DNA from: Candidatus Methylomirabilota bacterium
Lineage (GTDB): Bacteria; Methylomirabilota; Methylomirabilia; Rokubacteriales; CSP1-6
Direction: 5' to 3'
NCBI GenBank assembly: GCA_036001065.1
Contig: DASYUQ010000033.1
Span: 37,283-101,282, forward strand
DNA length: 64,000 nucleotides
Made by a program: the position numbers and the translations under genes. Below the pieces are notes generated by a model, which ran no database searches, was not told the origin of the DNA, and saw only the letters and a program-made list of their open reading frames with translations. This document shows, piece by piece, positions 49,952 to 58,658 of the stretch (within the stretch, counting starts at the first letter, position 1; every line of letters starts with the position of its first letter).

Positions 49952-52900
49952 TCACCGAGGGCCGACGGCGGACACGGGGCGGGTCGGTCGACGGCGGACA
50001 CCGAACAGGCGACTGAGGCGAGGCCTGGCCGAGCCGAGCGCGCCCTGGAGCGACTCCATGTAGATGTAGACGACCGGCGTGATGTAGAGCGTCAGGAGCT
50101 GCGAGAGGAGGAGACCGCCCACCACCGCCAGCCCGAGCGGACGGCGGGCATCGGCGCCCGCCCCCCACCCCAGAGCGATGGGAAGGGTTCCCAGGAGCGC
50201 CGCCATCGTGGTCATCATGATCGGACGGAAGCGCAGGAGGCACCCCTGGTAGATCGCGTCCGCCGGCCGGGCCCCTCCCCGCTCCGCCTCCAGCGCGAAG
50301 TCGATCATCATGATGGCGTTCTTCTTCACGATCCCTACCAGCATGATGATCCCGACGAAGCCGTACACGTTGAGCTCGGCGCCGAAAAGCATCAACGTCA
50401 AGAGCGCCCCCACGCCCGCCGACGGCAGGCCGGAGAGGATGGTCAGCGGGTGGACGAAGCTCTCATAGAGCACGCCCAGCACGATGTAGATGACGAGCAG
50501 CGTGACGAGGAGCAGGAGGCCCTGCCCCTTCAGGGAGGCCTGAAAGGCCTGGGCCGTGCCCTGGAAGCTCATGTTCAGCGTTGCCGGCGGCCGCAGCTCC
50601 TGCCGCAGGCGGTCGACCTGGGCCACCGCCTCGCCCAGGGACACGCCGGGCTTCACGTTGAAGGAGATCGTGACCGACGGCAGTTGCCCCAGGTGCGTGA
50701 CGGTGAGGGGCCCGACGCCCAACCGGAGGGCCGCCACCGCGTCGAGTGGAACCAGCGCGCCGCTGGCGGAGCGGATGTAGAGGCGCGACAGCGCCGTCGG
50801 ATCCCGCTGGTACTGCGGGTGGAGCTCGAGAATCACCCAGTACTGGTTGGACGGCGTGTAGATCGTCGAGACCTGCCGGGAGCCGTAGGCATTGTAGAGC
50901 GCGCTCTCCACCTGGTCGGCGGTCACGCCGAGCGCGGAGGCCTTGTTCCGGTCGATGTCGACGATCACTTGAGGACTCGTGATCTGCAGATCGGTGTTGA
51001 CGTCTTGGAGACTGGGCAGTCCGCGGATCTTCTCGAACAGGATCGGCGCCCAGCGGTAGAGCTCCTGGAGATCCGTGTCTTGCAGCGTGTATTGGTACGG
51101 CGCCTTCGTGAGCTGCCCGCCGATGCGGATGGTCGGCAGGTTCTGGGGATACACGTTGATCCCGGGCACGCCGGCGAGCTGCGACCGTAAGTCTTGGATG
51201 ACCTGCTCCACGGGCGGCCGCTGGGTGCGGGGTTTCAGCCTGATGAACATCCGGCCGGTGTTGGGGACGATGTTCGAGCCGCCGGCGCCGATCGACGACA
51301 TGAACTGGTCGACGTAGGGCTGCCGGCGGACGATCTCGGCGACCGCCTGCTGGCGCTCCCGCATGGCCTCGAAGGAGATGTCCTGGGCGGCCTCGGTGAA
51401 GGCGAAAATCTGTCCCGTATCCTCGTTGGGAATGAAGCCCTTGGGGATGACCACGAAGAGGTAGGCCGTGAGGAGAAGCGTTCCCAAGAGCACGGCCATC
51501 GTGGTGCGCGGATGCCGGAGCACCCACTTGAGGCTGCCGTCATAGGTCTTCAGCATCCCCTGGAAAAAACGCTCCGACAGTCTGTAGAGCCGGCCGTGCG
51601 ACTCTCCGGGCGATCTCAAGAATCGGCTGCACAGCATCGGCGTCAGCGTCAGCGACACCACCCCGGAGACGAGCACGGCGACGCCGATCGTCACCGCGAA
51701 CTCGTGGAGGAGGCGGCCCACCACCCCGCCCATGAAGAGGACGGGGATGAAGACGGCAGCCAGGGAGAGCGTCATCGACAGGATGGTGAAGCCGATCTCC
51801 CGCGCGCCCTTGAGAGCCGCCTCCATCCGGCCCTCACCGGCCTCCATGTGCCGCACGATGTTCTCGAGCATGACGACGGCGTCGTCCACGACGAAGCCCA
51901 CGCACAGGGTGAGCGCCATCAGCGAGAGGATGTCGATCGTGTAGCCGAGCAGGTACATTGCGCCGAAGGTGGTGATGATCGAGAGCGGCACCGCCAGGCT
52001 GGGGATGACGGTGGCCGACAGGTTCCGAAGGAAGACGAAGATGACCAGGACGACCAGCGCGATGCTCAGGAGCAGCGTGAACTCGACGTCGTGGACCGAC
52101 TCGCGGATGCCCACCGAACGGTCGTAGAGCACCGACAGGCGCACCGAGGCCGGGAGCTGGAGGCGGAAGCTGGGCAGGAGGGCCTTGATGGCGTCCACCA
52201 CCTCCACCGTGTTCGTTCCCGGCTGGCGCTGGATGGCGAGGATGACGGCCCGCTCGTCGTTGTACCAGCTCGCCACCTTGTCGGTCTGCACCCCGTCGAT
52301 CACCCGGCCCAGCTCCTCCAGTCGCACCGGAGAGCCGTTGCGGTAGGCGACGATGAGCCGGCGGTAGGCGGCGGCATCCATGAGCTGCCCGGTGGCCTGA
52401 ACGCTGTAGGCCTGGCGGGCGCCGTAGAGCGTGCCCGTGGGGCGGTTCACGTTGCCCTGCGCGATGGCCTGCTCCACCTCGTCGATGCCGATGCCGCGGC
52501 CGGCCAGCGCGCGCGGGTCCACCTGCACCCGGACCGCGTATTTCTGGGACCCGAACACTTGCACCTGGGCCACCCCGCTGATGGTGGAGATGCGCTGGGC
52601 GAGGTACGTCTGGGCGTACTCGTCGACGGTGTAGAGGGGAAGCGTCGGCGAGCTGAGTGAGAGGTAGAGCACCGGCTGATCCGCAGGGTTGACCTTCTGA
52701 TACGTCGGAGGCGTCGGCATCCCCGGTGGCAGGAGCGGCAGGGTCTTCGTGATCGCGGCCTGGACGTCCTGCCCCGCCGCGTCGATGCTCCGATCGAGCG
52801 TGAACTGGATGGTGATCTGCGTGAGGCCCTGGGCGCTGGTCGACGTCATCGAGTCGATGCCCGCGATCGTCGTGAACTGGCGCTCGAGCGGCGTCGCCAC

Positions 52901-53083
52901 CGCGGAGGCCATGGTCTCCGGGCTGGCGCCCGGCAGCGAGGCGGACACCTGGATCGTCGGGAAGTCGACGTTGGGCAGATCGCTGACCGGCAGCAGCCGG
53001 TACCCCAGGGCGCCGGCCAGCAGCAGCGCCGCCATGAAGAGCGTGGTGAGGACGGGCCGGCGGATGAAGAGATCGGTGCTCAC
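49952..53083 (-). CDS. RND efflux transporter permease (HAE1/AcrB-type)
   Basis: 1043 aa with 12 TM helices and two large periplasmic loops. AcrB N-terminal motif MSTDLFIRRPVLTTL. Confidence 0.93.
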   Translation of the reverse strand: MSTDLFIRRPVLTTLFMAALLLAGALGYRLLPVSDLPNVDFPTIQVSASLPGASPETMASAVATPLERQFTTIAGIDSMTSTSAQGLTQITIQFTLDRSIDAAGQDVQAAITKTLPLLPPGMPTPPTYQKVNPADQPVLYLSLSSPTLPLYTVDEYAQTYLAQRISTISGVAQVQVFGSQKYAVRVQVDPRALAGRGIGIDEVEQAIAQGNVNRPTGTLYGARQAYSVQATGQLMDAAAYRRLIVAYRNGSPVRLEELGRVIDGVQTDKVASWYNDERAVILAIQRQPGTNTVEVVDAIKALLPSFRLQLPASVRLSVLYDRSVGIRESVHDVEFTLLLSIALVVLVIFVFLRNLSATVIPSLAVPLSIITTFGAMYLLGYTIDILSLMALTLCVGFVVDDAVVMLENIVRHMEAGEGRMEAALKGAREIGFTILSMTLSLAAVFIPVLFMGGVVGRLLHEFAVTIGVAVLVSGVVSLTLTPMLCSRFLRSPGESHGRLYRLSERFFQGMLKTYDGSLKWVLRHPRTTMAVLLGTLLLTAYLFVVIPKGFIPNEDTGQIFAFTEAAQDISFEAMRERQQAVAEIVRRQPYVDQFMSSIGAGGSNIVPNTGRMFIRLKPRTQRPPVEQVIQDLRSQLAGVPGINVYPQNLPTIRIGGQLTKAPYQYTLQDTDLQELYRWAPILFEKIRGLPSLQDVNTDLQITSPQVIVDIDRNKASALGVTADQVESALYNAYGSRQVSTIYTPSNQYWVILELHPQYQRDPTALSRLYIRSASGALVPLDAVAALRLGVGPLTVTHLGQLPSVTISFNVKPGVSLGEAVAQVDRLRQELRPPATLNMSFQGTAQAFQASLKGQGLLLLVTLLVIYIVLGVLYESFVHPLTILSGLPSAGVGALLTLMLFGAELNVYGFVGIIMLVGIVKKNAIMMIDFALEAERGGARPADAIYQGCLLRFRPIMMTTMAALLGTLPIALGWGAGADARRPLGLAVVGGLLLSQLLTLYITPVVYIYMESLQGALGSARPRLSRLFGVRRRPTRPVSAVGPR

Positions 53084-54366
53084 GACGCCTGGGCTTTGAT
53101 GTCGACCTTCGTCCCCGGGGCCAGCCGCAGCTGCCCCTCGGTGACGACCTGCTCACCGGCCGCCAGCCCCTTCTCGACCACCGTCTCGCGCTCCAGTCGC
53201 CGGCCCACCTCCACCGGGCGCGACTCCACCGTGAGATCCGGCTTCACCACGAAGACGAAGCTTCCCTGCTGCCCGGGCTGGATCGCCTGCGAGGGCACGA
53301 CGATCGCGTTCCGCCGCGTGGTCAGCGTGAGCACGGCGTCCAGGAACTGCCCCGGCCAGAGCGCGTTGTCGGCGTTGGGGAAGGTGGCCTTCAGCTGGAT
53401 GGTGCCGGTGGACGGGTCGACGGTGTTGTTGACGAAGGTCAGCTCGCCCCGGGCGGGAGGCCGGGCCCGGTCGGGATACGCCTCCACCCGGAGGGGGCCG
53501 GCGGCGGCGAACCGCTTGATGTCGCCGAGGTACTGCTCTGGCACCGCGAACGAGACATAGATCGGGTGCACCTGGGTGATGGTAACGAGAGCGCCGTCAT
53601 CGTTCCCCTTCACCACGTTGCCAGGCTGGACGAGGATGTTGCCCGTCCGCCCGTTCATGGGCGCCCGGATGGTCGTGTAGCCGAGCTGTAGACGCGCGTT
53701 GTCCACCATCGCCTCGTCGGCGGCGATCACGGCCCGGGCGTTGTCCACGGTGGCCTGGGCCGCCTGCGCCGACGCCTTGGCGTTGTCCACCGCCGCCCGG
53801 TCGGCCTGGATCGTCGCCTCCAGGGCGGCGGCGTTGGTCCGGAACTGGTCGTACTGCTCGCGGGCCACCAGCTCTTTCTCGACGAGCGTCCGGTACCGCT
53901 GCTCCTGCACGCGGGCGTTCTCCAGCTGCGCCATGTCGCGGGCGAGGTTCGCCTCGGCCTGCTGGACCTCGGCTCGCCGCTGCCCGTGGGCCGCCTCCGC
54001 CTGGCGGAGCTGGGCGATATCACGCGCGACGTTGGCCTGGGCCTGGCGCAGGGCTGCTTCGAGGGGCCGCGGATCGATCGTGAACAGCAGCTGCCCCTTC
54101 TCCACCTCTTGCCCCTCGCGGAAGTGGACCTGAAGGACCTGTCCCGCGACCTGCGACTTCACCGCCACCGTCGTGTAGGCCTGCACGTTGCCCACGGCGA
54201 TCACCTGGATTGGCACGTCCTTCTCGACCGCTTCGCCGACCGTCACCGGGACCGCCGGGGCCGCCCCCTGGCGTGCCGGCGTCCCCCCGGCCCGGTCGGA
54301 GCAGCCCGCCAGCGCCAGCGCGGCCAGCGCCAAGACGACGAGCGGCGCTCCGATGTTCGTTCTCAT
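53080..54366 (-). CDS. RND efflux periplasmic adaptor (membrane fusion protein, HlyD/AcrA family)
   Basis: Lipoprotein-type signal (LALAGCS), a long coiled-coil hairpin and beta-barrel domains. Overlaps the RND permease start. Confidence 0.9.
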   Translation of the reverse strand: MRTNIGAPLVVLALAALALAGCSDRAGGTPARQGAAPAVPVTVGEAVEKDVPIQVIAVGNVQAYTTVAVKSQVAGQVLQVHFREGQEVEKGQLLFTIDPRPLEAALRQAQANVARDIAQLRQAEAAHGQRRAEVQQAEANLARDMAQLENARVQEQRYRTLVEKELVAREQYDQFRTNAAALEATIQADRAAVDNAKASAQAAQATVDNARAVIAADEAMVDNARLQLGYTTIRAPMNGRTGNILVQPGNVVKGNDDGALVTITQVHPIYVSFAVPEQYLGDIKRFAAAGPLRVEAYPDRARPPARGELTFVNNTVDPSTGTIQLKATFPNADNALWPGQFLDAVLTLTTRRNAIVVPSQAIQPGQQGSFVFVVKPDLTVESRPVEVGRRLERETVVEKGLAAGEQVVTEGQLRLAPGTKVDIKAQAS

Positions 54367-54845
54367 GACTTCATCCTCCGAGGCTTCGCCAGCGCCGCAC
54401 CCACGAGCGCCTCGAGTCCCTTGATGACCTGCTGGCGATCGTCGGCGGACATTCGCGCCACCACCCGCTCCAGCCCACGCATCCGGATGGCCTGGAGCTC
54501 ACCAGCAACGTGCGTGCCCTTGCGTGTGAGCTCCAGGACGTAGACGCGACGGTCGGCCGGGTCGTCGGCGCGCAGGAGGAACCCCTTTTGCTCGAGGCGG
54601 TCCACGATATGGGTCACCGCCGGCAGCGTCACGGCGAAGGCCTTGGCCACATCGCCCATGTGGCAGCCCGGATGCGCCCCGACGTAGAACAGCACCTGCG
54701 ACTGGGCATAGGTCAGCTCGAGCTGCGACGACTTCTGCCACAGGAGCTGCCGGAAGGTGGTGCTTCCCAGCGCGTTGAGCAGGTCGAGGAGGCGTTCGGT
54801 GTCCCGGGTGACCCCCGCGGAGACGTGGGCGCGGCGCGTGCTCAT
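54363..54845 (-). CDS. MarR family transcriptional regulator, first gene of the RND operon
   Basis: 160 aa winged HTH (LTYAQSQVLFYVGAHPGCHMGDVAKAFAVTLPAVTHIVDRLEQKGFL). The long ORF 54363..55844 is an out-of-frame extension. Confidence 0.85.
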   Translation of the reverse strand: MSTRRAHVSAGVTRDTERLLDLLNALGSTTFRQLLWQKSSQLELTYAQSQVLFYVGAHPGCHMGDVAKAFAVTLPAVTHIVDRLEQKGFLLRADDPADRRVYVLELTRKGTHVAGELQAIRMRGLERVVARMSADDRQQVIKGLEALVGAALAKPRRMKS

Positions 54846-54876
54846 GCGGCCAAGGTACAGCCACTTAATAGTTAAG

Positions 54877-55185
54877 TCAATAAAGTGTCTCGGCGGGTGC
54901 CCGCCGGGCGATGTCGGCGGGACGGCTGCCATCCCGCCGGGCTTCGGCCTCGCTGGCGTAGCAGCGCTCGGGACTCGCCTCTTCGTAGAACCGACTCCCG
55001 GGCACGTAATACACGCGTCCCGACTCCTCGGTGACGTAGCCCTTGATGGGATGGGTCGGCGGGCACGCCCAGGGAGTCTCGGCAGCCACGCCGGGTCGCT
55101 CGACCGCGCGCGTCGATGACGGGACCACGGCAGCGTCTGCCGTCCAGACGAGCAGGCGTCGGAGCCGTGCCCGATTGAGGGGCAA
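54877..55185 (-). CDS. Hypothetical small protein with a KGYVTEESGRVYYVPGSRFYEEASPERCYASEAEARRDG module
   Basis: 102 aa ORF. The conserved-looking C-terminal module resembles small secreted-domain repeats. Start uncertain. Confidence 0.3.
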   Translation of the reverse strand: MPLNRARLRRLLVWTADAAVVPSSTRAVERPGVAAETPWACPPTHPIKGYVTEESGRVYYVPGSRFYEEASPERCYASEAEARRDGSRPADIARRAPAETLY

Positions 55186-55246
55186 ACTCGTTGCCCGCAG
55201 TGGGTCTCGACGGCGTTCGAGGGCGATCGGATCGTCGCCCGCGCAG

Positions 55247-55663
55247 TCAGGTCCCCGCCACCACCTCGATCTTCACCTCGGTCGCGCCCGCGACCGTGCG
55301 GTAGAGGGGTCAACGCGCGCGATACGTCTCGACCAGCGCCTCCGCCTGAGGCTGGCTCACCCCGGCGATCTCGAACCGCATGGTGATGCGGGAGAATCGC
55401 GCGGGCTCGGCGGCGGTGCGGACGCCCTCGATCGTCACCGCCATGCGCGTCACCGGAATGCCGGCCTGCTGAGCGTGCATCTCGATCAGCGTGACGCCGC
55501 ACGACGAGATGCCGGCCAGGAACGCCTCGCTGTTCGTCAGGGCATCGGGCTGGGGACGCGATGACGAGTCCAGGACGAGGCGCTGGCCGCGGACCACGCT
55601 GTGCGCGCGGCCGAGGACGCCGCCGCTCGACGACCGGATCGTCTCGATCTTCGCGTCGCTCAC
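55247..55663 (-). CDS. OsmC/Ohr-family peroxidase with an in-frame UGA (plus 55310-55312) at the C-terminal resolving-Cys position: candidate selenoprotein
   Basis: GTG 55663 (RBS GGGAGG) gives VSDAKIETIRSSSGG...FLAGISSCGVTLIE...QAEALVETYRAR-U-PLYRTVAGATEVKIEVVAGT, ending at TGA 55247-49. The tail matches the OsmC C-terminus (E. coli ...AKAGCPVSQVLKAEITLDY). The ORF track stops at the internal UGA. Confidence 0.65.
55279..55296 (-). promoter_or_regulatory. SECIS-like hairpin (CGGUCGC-GGGC-GCGACCG) 13 nt downstream of the OsmC UGA
   Basis: Perfect 7-8 bp GC stem with a GG-containing loop. Same spacing and architecture as the hairpin after the Prx UGA. Confidence 0.45.
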
Positions 55664-55680
55664 GACGGCCTCCCGCGCGG

Positions 55681-56286
55681 CTACTTCTTGGCCGCCAGAC
55701 CCAGCCGCTGCTCCAGCACCAGGCGCACCTCGCTGGCGGCGGCGCGCCAGAGGGGGCCACCGGGAACGTCGTACTCGGCCTGGACCTGCTTCCGGTACTC
55801 GGCCATCGCGGCGTCCTGCTTGTCCTTCGCCGGTGGAGCCGCATCGACCGTGCGCGCGCGGATCCCGGTGGCCTTGGCCGTCGCCGCGTGGGCCCGCTCG
55901 ATCCAGCGCCCGATCTCGTTCCAGTCTTTGTCGAAGAAGACCACGACCGGGATGGACTGGTAGCCGTTGTTCAGGAAGGTGTCTCGCAGGTCGGGGTTCT
56001 GGTCGCGCAAGAACACGCGCAGGTCGCAGTTCGGCATCGCTTCGCAGATGTGGGCGATCAGCGGCGAGTTGCGGTGGACGTCGCCGCACCAGTTCTCGGC
56101 GAGCATCAGCGCGTTCCGCACCTGGCTGATCCCGCTGAAGAATTCCCGCTCTTCCTCGGTCAGGCCCGACTTCTGGTAGTTGTGCTCGGTCCGGGCCTGG
56201 GTGTCGCCCATCTGGGCGAGATAGTCCTTCCAGGTCAGGCCTTTGGCGAAGCGCTGCGCGTCCAGGGGAATCCTCAGCTGGGCCAT
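55681..56286 (-). CDS. Thioredoxin-fold protein with monothiol WCGDVH motif, 17 nt upstream of and co-oriented with the OsmC(Sec) gene
   Basis: AENWCGDVHRNSP replaces the canonical WCGPC, and the thioredoxin-like beta-alpha-beta core continues (IPVVVFFDKDWNEIGRWI). 201 aa. Confidence 0.6.
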   Translation of the reverse strand: MAQLRIPLDAQRFAKGLTWKDYLAQMGDTQARTEHNYQKSGLTEEEREFFSGISQVRNALMLAENWCGDVHRNSPLIAHICEAMPNCDLRVFLRDQNPDLRDTFLNNGYQSIPVVVFFDKDWNEIGRWIERAHAATAKATGIRARTVDAAPPAKDKQDAAMAEYRKQVQAEYDVPGGPLWRAAASEVRLVLEQRLGLAAKK

Positions 56287-56386
56287 GGGTCCTCTCCTCC
56301 TGTGGGGGCTCGACGTCGCCGTCCGTCCTTTGTACACGAAGCGGGGCCGAACGCCAAGGCGCCCCTCATACGCTACAATCCGGCCA

Positions 56387-57555
56387 TGGACGAGCGGAGG
56401 GAGCGGGACCAGATCCTCACGCGGCGGCAGTTCCTATCGACGGCGGCCGCGGCGACGGCGGCCCTGGCGGGGAGCGGGCCGGCGCTGGCCCAGGCGCCGT
56501 CGCAACCCACCCGTGTCCACGCCAAGCCGGCGCCGGCCGAGATCTTCATCGACCACGGCATCAACCAGGAGACCCGGCTGGAAACACTCCGCGGCTACCT
56601 GACCCCCGGCAGCCACTTCTTCATTCGCAACCATGCGACCACCCCCGCTCTCGACCTCCGCACGTGGCGACTGCGCGTCGAGGGAAACGCGGTCGAGCAG
56701 CCGCTCGAGCTGACCTTCGAGGACCTGCTGCGTCTGCCCTCGCGCTCGGTCATCTGCTTCGTGGAGTGCGCCGGCAACGGCCGGGGCTTCTTCAAGGAGT
56801 TCATGGGGCGCGTCGCCTCGGGGACCCAGTGGCGCCTGGGCGCCATCGGTGTCGCCGAGTGGAGCGGCGTTCCGCTGGCCGCGGTGCTCGACCTGGCCAG
56901 GGTGAAGCGCGACACGCCGCGCGACGTGCTCAACGTGCTCATCGAAGGCCTCGACTCGGTCAAGGTGAACCGGCCGATCAGCCTCGAAAAGGCCCGGGAG
57001 GATGGGACCCTGCTGGCGTACGCGATGAACGGGCAGCCCTTGTTGCCGGACCACGGCTTTCCGGTACGGGCCGTCGTCCCCGGCTGGGTCGGGATCAACA
57101 ACATCAAGTGGGTGGGGCGGATCGAGGTGCGCGACGGCAGCATCGACGTGCCGACCACCACGACGACGTACGTGCTGGAGGGGCCCGATCACCCGACGAA
57201 GGTGCCCCTCCGGCTCCAGACGCTCAAGAGTGCCGTCGCGCTGCCGTGGGGGGCGACGTTTCCGGCCGGTCGGCACACGGTGAGCGGCTTCGCCTGGTCG
57301 CCGGTCGGCCGCATCAGCCGCGTCGACTACAGCCTGGACCGCGGGGCCACCTGGCGGCCGGCCAACCTGCGCGAGCCGAACCTCCCCAGGGCCTGGGCGC
57401 GCTGGGACTTCGAGTGGGACGCCCGACCCGGCGAGCACGTGATCCTGACGAGGGCCACCGACGGCCAGGGGAACACCCAGCCGACGAGCATCCCGTGGAA
57501 CCGCCAGGGCTACGGCTACAACGTGCCGGTGCCCCACCCGGTGAAGATTACCTAA
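56387..57555 (+). CDS. Sulfite-oxidase-family molybdopterin oxidoreductase with Tat signal
   Basis: RRQFLSTAAAATAALAGSGPALA twin-arginine signal. Moco-binding Cys motif ICFVECAGNGR. A C-terminal Ig-like dimerisation domain. TACAAT lies 9 nt before the ATG. Confidence 0.85.
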
Positions 57556-58253
57556 ATCGTCAACCCGCCCGTCAGGCCCCCCAGCACACCGAGGAGTTGG
57601 TTAAGCAGACCGACCACGTTCTCCACCGCCCCGGTGAGGGTGCCGAGGATCCGGCAGACGAGGGTGCCGAGCAAGTTTGTCCCGCCCGTCTCACCGGAGA
57701 TATCGAGCGAGATGGGGCCTGTCGTGAAGTTGACGATGGCCCCCAACACGTCGAGCACGAGCGGAATCGGACCGAGCTCGAGATTCAGCACTCCGCACGT
57801 CTCTTGGGCGAGTATGACGTCGTCCGGAGGCGCCAGTGGTTCGGCCTCGCCAACCGGTCTGGCCGCCTGCCCCGACGGGGCCAGGCCAGTGGACACGCGC
57901 TGGCTGACCGTGACCGGTATCTCGACGGGGCCCTTGAGGAATGAACTGAGGGGGGTCCCGTTCGCGTCCACCACGGTCCCGGTGATCATCGCCACTGCGA
58001 CGGCCTGGGGGGATCCGTCAGCATTGGTTCTCGAGGCGAAGCGCTGCACGCTCAGCGTGCCGCGAAATGTTTGTCCCGAAGTGGCATCCGCCTTCCCCAC
58101 CACGGGAAGGACGAGGGCGGCCGGCGCCCCGCGGCGCGGCTCGGGGCCCGGCGTCTGCGAGGGGGGGCCCTGCACTTGGGCGGCGGCCTGGCTCGCCACG
58201 AAGACGGCGGCCATGACAAACGCGAACAACCGTGCGCCAACGTGAACTTTCAT
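57552..58253 (-). CDS. Hypothetical secreted protein with Gly/Leu-rich C-terminus
   Basis: Signal peptide MKVHVGARLFAFVMAAVFVASQAAAQ, then 233 aa. No recognised domain. Convergent with the sulfite-oxidase gene. Confidence 0.45.
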   Translation of the reverse strand: MKVHVGARLFAFVMAAVFVASQAAAQVQGPPSQTPGPEPRRGAPAALVLPVVGKADATSGQTFRGTLSVQRFASRTNADGSPQAVAVAMITGTVVDANGTPLSSFLKGPVEIPVTVSQRVSTGLAPSGQAARPVGEAEPLAPPDDVILAQETCGVLNLELGPIPLVLDVLGAIVNFTTGPISLDISGETGGTNLLGTLVCRILGTLTGAVENVVGLLNQLLGVLGGLTGGLTI

Positions 58254-58430
58254 ACTCCTGCGCTCCTTTCCTCCGCTGCTCGGGCGCTGCCGAGCGCGGC
58301 ACCGGTCGGACGGTGCGCTTTACGCGCCGAAGCCGCGGAGCCATCGCGGTCTCGTCGGAGCGAAAGAGGTCAGCAAGAGGCATACCGTCGGCCCGACGGC
58401 AGCTCGGGTAAGATTTGCAACCAGAGCGAC

Positions 58431-58571
58431 GTCAGAACCAGGCGCTGGCCCGTATGGTCACCAACGGGCCGTCCGCGACGTCGAGACGATTGTCGCGGCG
58501 GTCGTCGTAGAGCCCGTTCGGCTGGAGCGACAACGTCGTGTTGATGCGCGTCGACCCCGAGGCGATGTACG
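58431..58571 (-). pseudogene. Remnant of an outer-membrane beta-barrel gene (C-terminal 46 codons only)
   Basis: ...YIASGSTRINTTLSLQPNGLYDDRRDNRLDVADGPLVTIRASAWF* has the alternating pattern and terminal Phe typical of OMP last strands. It is preceded by a stop and has no upstream body. Confidence 0.35.
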
Positions 58572-58658
58572 CCTACGCGCCCCAGGCGGAGCGGTTCCCG
58601 GAGGGCACCATGCTGCCGTCCGCGCGCGCGTGAATCCGGACACGCTGGGGCGGCCGAC

